Source: Planctopirus limnophila DSM 3776 (GTDB lineage: Bacteria; Planctomycetota; Planctomycetia; Planctomycetales; Planctomycetaceae). Taken from it: a stretch of 32,000 nt of DNA. This document shows, piece after piece, positions 25,701 to 32,000 of this stretch (positions are counted from its first letter, which is position 1; each line of letters opens with the position of its first letter). The notes beneath the pieces were generated by a model. It had not been told where the DNA came from. It was given only the letters and a program-made list of their open reading frames with translations, and ran no database searches. The stretch is from contig NC_014148.1 in NCBI RefSeq assembly GCF_000092105.1, positions 1,440,001 through 1,472,000 on the forward strand, given 5' to 3'. A program made the translations under genes and the position numbers.

Positions 25701-27915
25701 CGCGATTGAGCAGATGTCCGCCGACGTGGGGTGTCACCATCGTGGGCTTTAAGAGCATGAGGCTGTCTTGAGGTGAAGCCAGATTGATACGTCGGCCAGC
25801 CAGATCGTCGGTGAACCCCCGCAGATCAAACAGCGGGTCATAGCCTCGCAATGAGAGCTTGAAACCATTCTTGCCTTGAGCCGCTCCGTGGCAGGTTCCC
25901 TGATTGCAACCCAGCTTTGACAACACGGGATTCACATCACGCACAAAGTCGACCGGGCTTTCCTGGGCCGGCCAATGAGCTTTAACCGAAGTTTTGGCGG
26001 AGAGTTCGCCCCATTGAATCACGAGCTCACCTGCACCGGTCTCGCGAGGTTCGACCAGCCCGGTGGGAGAGACGACAACGAAGGGTGCCTGACTTGTCGA
26101 ATACTTGACCAGTCGCGTGCCATCGATCACGTCGCCGTTATCCAGTTTGGCGAAGACCAGCAGTTGCACAGATGAAAAACGGCTGGTGAACTCCAGATTT
26201 TCCGGAGCCATTGACAATGAGACAATTGTCCGGCCAGAAGGCAAAGATTCCTGGCTGGAAAGCCCTTCCTGACTCGCTGTCGCGGGTGGAGCCACCTTCT
26301 TTGTGGCGGCTCCTGCGGAAGCCGTCTGGTCATTCTGCGCGAGATTGACAACTGGGAAAGTTTTCGTCGGTTCGCCAGTGGTCGCGTTCATCTGCCGGAG
26401 CAGACCGTCGGCTCCACCAATTGCCAATGTCTGCCCATCGGGCGAAAAGGCGAGTGTGTAGAGCGAACTTTCTGGCAAGCTCCCCTGGGCCAGAACTTTC
26501 GTGTTCAACGTGAGGTACTTTTCGAGCTTCTCTTTCTCTTCGGCTGACCGGGAAGTGACCACTTTCTGATTAATTGCTTTGATGTCATCAGGAAGTGACG
26601 TATCAAATGTGTAATCATAAATCGCCCAGTGGCCCTGGCCATCGAGAGAAGAGGCTGCTGCAAAACGCTGACCATCGGGGCTGACTGCCACGGAGAAGAT
26701 TCTTCCCGGCAGAGCGGGCATATGCCGGATGAGGTTGGCATCATCACCAATCACGCGATTCGTCACGCGGAAAACACGGTACACGCGGGCAATACCGTCG
26801 GATCCACCGACAATGATCTCATCGCGCTCAGGATGCCGGGCAATGGCCTGTATGCCGCCTTTGAGTGCACCGGGTGTGATCGAAGTCACGTTATCAACAA
26901 ACCGCTGAGTGGCGACTTCGGTCAGTTTGGTCGTCATATCGCGACCGACAGAAATCAAGTGCGAGCCATCCTTGCTGAAGACGGTATCGCGCACCCAATC
27001 ACTGTGTGCCCCTTGAAACAGCACCTGCTCTCCCGTGGCGGCATTGAAGGCTCGGACAGAATTATCAGCCCCGCCCAGCGCGACGAGTTTTCCATCGGGT
27101 GACCAGCTTCCGCCATAGAGGGTATCGAAAGTGACTGTAGCCGACGTTTCGAGCGACCAGTCTGCAGTTTTCCAAATCTGGAATTCGCCCGTGCGACCAG
27201 GATTTCCACCGACGATGAGAACACGGGTCCCATCAGGCGAGAACCGGACAGTCTCAATGCGTTCCGATTGTCCAATCAAGCGAGCGACCACAGCACCTGT
27301 CGTGCTGTCGAGAATCAACGCTTCATGGAAGCCTGCCACTCCAAGGAGCTTGCCATCCTTGGAATAGTCCAGCGAGGTGATCAATGGGAGCCGGCTATAG
27401 ACGGGGGGATGCTCCTGATCGAAGATTCTCAGTTCTGCAGGTGGAGAATCATCTTTGGCACCCTCGCGAATCCAGCGCGTCACCAGATCAATTTCCACCT
27501 GTGAAAGGGCGGGGAGGCCTTTGGGCATTTCGGCCTGCCCTTTGTCATTCCGCTGGATTTGCGAAATGAGGTAGCTCTCTTCGGGCTTGCCGGGAACGAT
27601 CGAGGGCGAGCCGGTTTCGCCCGGCTTCATCATGCTGGCAAAATCAGTGAGAATGTACTCGCCCTGCGATTTAGCCGCCTGGTGGCAACCTGAGCATCGA
27701 GACTGCAGCAATGGCTTGATCTGAGAATGAAAGCTGACAGGCTTGGTCTCGGCACCCTCTTTAGGCTGATCTTCTGCCCATGACGAGGCAAGTCCGATGC
27801 TGCTGGCAGCCATCAGAATGGCGAACGTGGCGCGACAGAGAAGATTGCGAACAAAAGACAACAGATCCGCAAGGGATGGGAACGATTGTCCAAAAAGGCA
27901 GGCGGGTTGAGGCAT
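22702..27915 (-). CDS. 1737-aa secreted PSCyt1 - WD40 propeller - Big_2 - CX4CH module - Big_2 - PSCyt2 (DUF1549) - PSD1 (DUF1553) protein
   Basis: The start is the ATG at 27915, with signal ..[19 protein letters not shown]. The CSGCH heme motif is at 27682-27696. There are seven SPDG/SKDG-type WD blades (about 26346-27396). GCNQGTCH is at 25888-25908. DUF1549 is marked by [19 protein letters not shown] and DUF1553 by [20 protein letters not shown], with the canonical C-terminus [16 protein letters not shown]. The ORF-finder GTG at 28041 adds 42 non-signal residues. Confidence 0.9.
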   Translation of the reverse strand: [1737 protein letters not shown]

Positions 27916-28785
27916 GGCACATCCGGAACCGAAAGGAGCGGTCAACAATTGTTGCAGTTTTGGCTGCAACCAGAAACCGTTCCCTTGAGCCTCATGATGC
28001 TCGTCTTGCGGTTTGCACTCGTAAGCTTCATCCGTCAGCACAAATTTATGCTGACTCAGACGTCGCGCTCACTACGGCAATACCCGACTTGCCAGCCCAG
28101 CTCCGTGTGAAAACATGACGAATCATCGCATGTCGCACACAGCGCCGGAGCCATGAAACTCATGGGAACACCCGGCGCCAGTCCACTTTGCCAAAGAATT
28201 TTCTGTGGTGATTCATGCGTCACAACAGAAATTGAAGATCCCTGACAAAGGGTAGCTCGAATCATCGAGCAGGCTATTAACACACTTTAGGCTATCGGAC
28301 TTCTGACAAAATTCAAGCCAACTTTTATTTGTCTTTGTGTTCTGAGGGTTTCAGATCGTTTTTCCCTGACCAGGAATTCCGCACAAGAACTTCTATATAA
28401 GCCGTGTTCTGGCGCGGCTCGCCGCAGGAATCAAAGGCGTTTTCTGAAAAGCCTCGCACGAATTGTTCTCACAAAATGAAGCGAACTCGCGTATCTCTTC
28501 ACATCGTCTTCCGGATCTGGCTTTAAATTGCGGATTTTGATCGGGCGAATTACCGGAGAAGTGCCAACAGAGCTGCCTGACTCGTCTCAAGGTTGTTGAT
28601 CACTATTTTTTCGACTCCACTGTGACCCGATGTTCAGCTTCAGGTGTCATCCTGACGGTGGGAATGGAAAGATTGTGAGGGTTCTGCCAAGAGGCGTATT
28701 GCCTATCTTTGAGAAACTTCGATACGATCCGTAAAGCCGGTGTGATTGTGGCAGGTTTGTTCCCATTGAATTCAGGGATGTTGGA

Positions 28786-30837
28786 ATGATTCAGCGATTG
28801 CCGTCTCGAGCGGTGGCAGGTCTTGTCGCATGTTTGTGCTTCATGGCTGCCTCCACGATTTTTGCCCAGAACCTGGGGAAGACCTCCTCCAGTGAGCAAA
28901 CGACTGCTCGCTTGGCTGCGGATATGATCAGTAAGTACCACATCGGCCAAAAGCCGGTGGATGACCGAATTTCCCAACTGACGTTTACCCGATACTTGAA
29001 GGATCTTGATCCGGCGAAGCTCTACTTCACCAAGGCAGATATCGACGAATTCAGTCCCTACAAGGACAAGCTGGATGACCTGCTGAAGGCGGGGAATGTG
29101 GAGTTTTCCCATCTGGTGTTCCAGCGTTATCTGCAACGACTCACCGAACGGGTGGCGATTGCTCACCAACTGATTGATTTGCCCCACGACTTCACCGTTG
29201 ATGAATCGATGGTGACCGATGGCGATCTGCTGGCGTACGCCGCCACTCCCGAAGAGCTCAACGAACGCTGGAGAAAACGCATCAAGTTTGAGCTCGTCTC
29301 GCTCTTGTTGGATGACAAAACGATTGAAGAGGCCAGGAAGCAGGTGCATAAGCGCTACGACACGCTGCTGAAAGCTGCCAAGGGAACGGAACCTTCCGAG
29401 ATTCTCGAGATTTATCTTTCGGCTGTGGCTCACTCGTTTGATCCCCATTCGAGCTATATGTCGCCTCAGACTGTGGAAGATTTCCAGATTTCGATGCGAT
29501 TGAGCCTCGAAGGGATTGGAGCGGCTCTGCGTTCCATCGATGGTTATGTCACGGTTTCTGAAGTTGTGCCTGGTGGTGCCGCCGAGAAGGATGGCCGTCT
29601 CAAAGCGAATGACAAGATTGTCGCTGTCGCCCAGGACGGTGAAGATTACGTCGATGTTGTCGAGATGAAGCTTAATCGCGTGGTCCGCCTGATTCGTGGC
29701 ATGGGCGGTACGAAAGTGAAGCTCAAAGTGGTGAATGCTGCTAACGAGACCAGCGAAGTCGTATTGACCCGTCAGAAAATCGAACTGAAGGCCCAGGAAG
29801 TCAAGGGGGAGATTATCCCGCTCGAAACTCGCATTCCTGGTGCCAAGGGCCGGATTGGTGTGATTAATATTCCATCGTTCTACCGTGATTTTGGTGGAGC
29901 ACAGGCTGGACAGGACAATTTCAAAAGCACGTCCCGCGATGTTGCCAAAGCCCTGCAGGAATTTGACAAGCAGGGTGGAGTCGATGCCGTCGTGATTGAT
30001 CTGCGAATGAATGGCGGCGGTGCCTTGACCGAAGCGATTGAAGTCTCAGGGCTGTTTATCGATCAGGGACCAGTGGTGCAGATCAAGGAACCCAACGGCA
30101 AAATCAAGTCTTACGACGACGAAGACCCCGGAGTGATGTACAAGGGCCCGCTGGTCGTCCTGTGCAATCGACTGAGTGCTTCTGCCTCGGAGATCTTTGC
30201 AGCGGCGATCAAAGATTATGGCCGTGGGATCGTGGTGGGTGATACCACAACGCACGGTAAGGGGACTGTGCAGCATGTGATGCCGATCAGTAATCGGATG
30301 TTCTCAGTACTCAACAACCAGGATCTGGGTTCGGTCAAGCTGACCATTAATCAGTTCTACCGGGTCAATGGTGACAGCACGCAGAACCGTGGAGTTCCTT
30401 CGGATGTGGTGCTCCCTTCACTTGTCGATCACATGGATCTGGGGGAATCCTTCCTCGAGAATGCACTGGCTTTCGATCAGGTTCCCAAGGCGGCACATCC
30501 TATTTATGACATGACACCTGCCAATGTTCTGGCTGCTCTGAAAGAACAAAGTGCCCGTCGTATCGCTGCTGAAGCTGACTTTGACAAGATTCGTAATGAT
30601 GTCACACGCTTCGATGCTCGCAAGAACCGCAAGACGATCTCTCTGAATCAGGAAACGCTCAAGAAAGAGCGCGATGAAGAGAAGGCTGTGGAAGAGATCC
30701 GCAAGGAAGAGGAAGAGCACGAAACCAAGGGAACCAATGGGCCAATCTTCAAGAAGACGCCCTATAATGATGAAGTGCTCAAGATCGCCAGCGAGTATGT
30801 GACCTTGCTGCGTCAGGCGAAGACAGCCAAGCGATAA
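28786..30837 (+). CDS. prc: carboxy-terminal processing (tail-specific) protease, S41 family, Prc-like
   Basis: 683 aa with a signal peptide (VAGLVACLCFMAASTIFA). The PDZ domain is GIGAALRSIDGYVTVSEVVPGGAAEKDGRLKANDKIVAV. The catalytic Ser context is NRLSASASEIFAAAIKD and the Lys context is TTHGKGTVQ. The charged C-terminal extension resembles E. coli Prc. Confidence 0.9.
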   Translation: MIQRLPSRAVAGLVACLCFMAASTIFAQNLGKTSSSEQTTARLAADMISKYHIGQKPVDDRISQLTFTRYLKDLDPAKLYFTKADIDEFSPYKDKLDDLLKAGNVEFSHLVFQRYLQRLTERVAIAHQLIDLPHDFTVDESMVTDGDLLAYAATPEELNERWRKRIKFELVSLLLDDKTIEEARKQVHKRYDTLLKAAKGTEPSEILEIYLSAVAHSFDPHSSYMSPQTVEDFQISMRLSLEGIGAALRSIDGYVTVSEVVPGGAAEKDGRLKANDKIVAVAQDGEDYVDVVEMKLNRVVRLIRGMGGTKVKLKVVNAANETSEVVLTRQKIELKAQEVKGEIIPLETRIPGAKGRIGVINIPSFYRDFGGAQAGQDNFKSTSRDVAKALQEFDKQGGVDAVVIDLRMNGGGALTEAIEVSGLFIDQGPVVQIKEPNGKIKSYDDEDPGVMYKGPLVVLCNRLSASASEIFAAAIKDYGRGIVVGDTTTHGKGTVQHVMPISNRMFSVLNNQDLGSVKLTINQFYRVNGDSTQNRGVPSDVVLPSLVDHMDLGESFLENALAFDQVPKAAHPIYDMTPANVLAALKEQSARRIAAEADFDKIRNDVTRFDARKNRKTISLNQETLKKERDEEKAVEEIRKEEEEHETKGTNGPIFKKTPYNDEVLKIASEYVTLLRQAKTAKR

Positions 30838-30896
30838 TTCGAATTGGATTAGGCCGGGCTGCTGAAATTTTGCAGTTCGTCAAATGTAAAGATCTG

Positions 30897-30938
30897 AGGG
30901 GCGGCACACTTTCATAGTGTGTCGCCCCTCGGGCTTTT
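30897..30938 (+). terminator. rho-independent terminator after prc
   Basis: A 13-bp stem aggggcggcacac / gtgtgtcgcccct (one G-U pair) has a 7-nt loop, followed by CGGGCTTTT. Confidence 0.65.
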
Positions 30939-31069
30939 GGTGTGCCTTTCAAGTATGAACTATGCAATGAAGCTTTCCGAGAACATGCTTGCTCAGAGCC
31001 GCAAGCATGGCACTTTTCGAGGTCTGAAGCATGGTGCGTTTGGGGAGAGCTGTGAGCAGCTGAGGCCAG

Positions 31070-32000
31070 TTACTTCAAGGTTTCCAGGTAGCTCAGCAGA
31101 TCGCGGAACTCTTGAGGAGTCATTTGCTGAATCAGCCCTTTAGGCATGAGCGATTCCCTGGAGACGGACTGCTCTTCGATCTGATCAAGCGGGATATCCG
31201 AAACGACTCCTTCGTGATTGCGGATGCGAATCATCCCCTTGGGTGAGCCATCGGCCAGCATGCCGGTGATGGTGCGACCATCGGTCATTTCTAACGCGAG
31301 AGTGGAAAACTGGGGCGAGATTTCCCGACTGGGCTCGATGATCGATTCGGCGAGCTTCTGCCGGTTCATCGTGCGGGCAATCCCGCTCAGATCTGGCCCG
31401 ACATTACCACCCGCACCATCGACGCGATGACATTTCGCACAGGCTGTCCCATCGGCTGAGAAAAAGACGCGACGGCCTGCAAGATGGTCTCCAGGAGAGA
31501 TCCAATCGATCGAGGCTGAAGTGGTGATCTGCTCCCCTGAAGCTGTGGCGAGCCTGAGTTGCTCAAGCACATCGCCTTGTCTCGTGGATTGGATCTTTTC
31601 AATTTTTCGAGCGAGTTCCGGCGAGGCGGCAATTTGTGGTTTGAGCACATTTCGCAAAGTGCGAATGGCACTGGACTGAATTCGCGGGTCTGACGAATCG
31701 AGCAGTTTCAGGATTGAAGGAGTAATCTCTGCTGATGACTGGGTTCCAGCTTCTGCTGTGGTTGGTGGTGGCAATATGAGACCGGCGAGAGCATCCAGAC
31801 GCAGTTCGACTGGTAGAGACTCATCGATCGCAATGTTCGTCAGCAGTTGCTTTCTGGCGGGTTGACTGGCACGGGCCAGCGAGCGGACGGCTGCGGTGCG
31901 TAATGGCTCGGGACCTTTGAGAGCTGCCTGAAAAAACTGTTCGTTGAGAGCGAGATCATCGGGGCTGATGAGTTCGAGAGCGAGTGCCCGGATCCCTGGA
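31070..32000 (-). CDS. HEAT-repeat protein with C-terminal Pirellula/Verrucomicrobium-type cytochrome c heme-binding domain, 5'-truncated by the window edge
   Basis: I checked the frame codon by codon; it stays open from 31774 to nt 32000, and the TTG at 31774 is only the ORF-finder start. The CAKCH heme motif is at 31427-31441, followed by GPDLSG...IIEPS...SLMPKGL. HEAT-like segments such as LLDSSDPRIQSSAIRTLRN lie upstream. Confidence 0.8.
   Translation of the reverse strand, partial: PGIRALALELISPDDLALNEQFFQAALKGPEPLRTAAVRSLARASQPARKQLLTNIAIDESLPVELRLDALAGLILPPPTTAEAGTQSSAEITPSILKLLDSSDPRIQSSAIRTLRNVLKPQIAASPELARKIEKIQSTRQGDVLEQLRLATASGEQITTSASIDWISPGDHLAGRRVFFSADGTACAKCHRVDGAGGNVGPDLSGIARTMNRQKLAESIIEPSREISPQFSTLALEMTDGRTITGMLADGSPKGMIRIRNHEGVVSDIPLDQIEEQSVSRESLMPKGLIQQMTPQEFRDLLSYLETLK

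Noticed and set aside
28603-29448. A 281-aa minus-strand ORF overlapping the 5' third of prc.
   Set aside because: It is an in-phase antisense shadow of a gene with unambiguous S41 protease motifs. It has no motifs of its own.

Overview
This is a chromosomal segment that looks Planctomycetota-derived. The taxonomic inference rests on a PSCyt1/PSCyt2/PSD1 giant protein paired with a Tat-signal DUF1501 protein, a Pirellula/Verrucomicrobium-type heme-binding domain protein, and membrane-anchored squalene-cyclase-repeat proteins.

Gene order, left to right:
- mdh (5'-truncated) converges on glgA.
- A minus-strand DUF2752 gene is followed by two tandem paralogous lipoprotein genes.
- A plus-strand flagellar module runs flhA-flhF-flhG-(780-nt largely non-coding spacer)-fliA with a strong terminator.
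- bioA follows, and its stop codon overlaps a convergent tRNA-Lys(UUU).
- Six co-directional minus-strand genes follow: alpha/beta hydrolase, NPP-type phosphodiesterase, O-methyltransferase, anchored QW-repeat toroid protein, small L7/L12-CTD-like protein, SDR.
- Then the DUF1501 / 1737-aa PSCyt1-WD40-Big2-PSCyt2-PSD1 pair, a Prc-like C-terminal processing protease, and a 5'-truncated HEAT/cytochrome c protein.

I saw no CRISPR array, IS element, integrase or rRNA.

The candidates most worth follow-up are:
- the six-gene enzyme/toroid cluster;
- the DUF2752 plus twin-lipoprotein unit divergent from flhA;
- the C-rich, G-poor repeated-word spacers (flhG-fliA, and DUF2752-lipoprotein);
- a 30-bp-stem extragenic hairpin;
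- the unusual domain fusions in the PSD1 giant.

All functional calls come from motif recognition by eye. No database search was possible.
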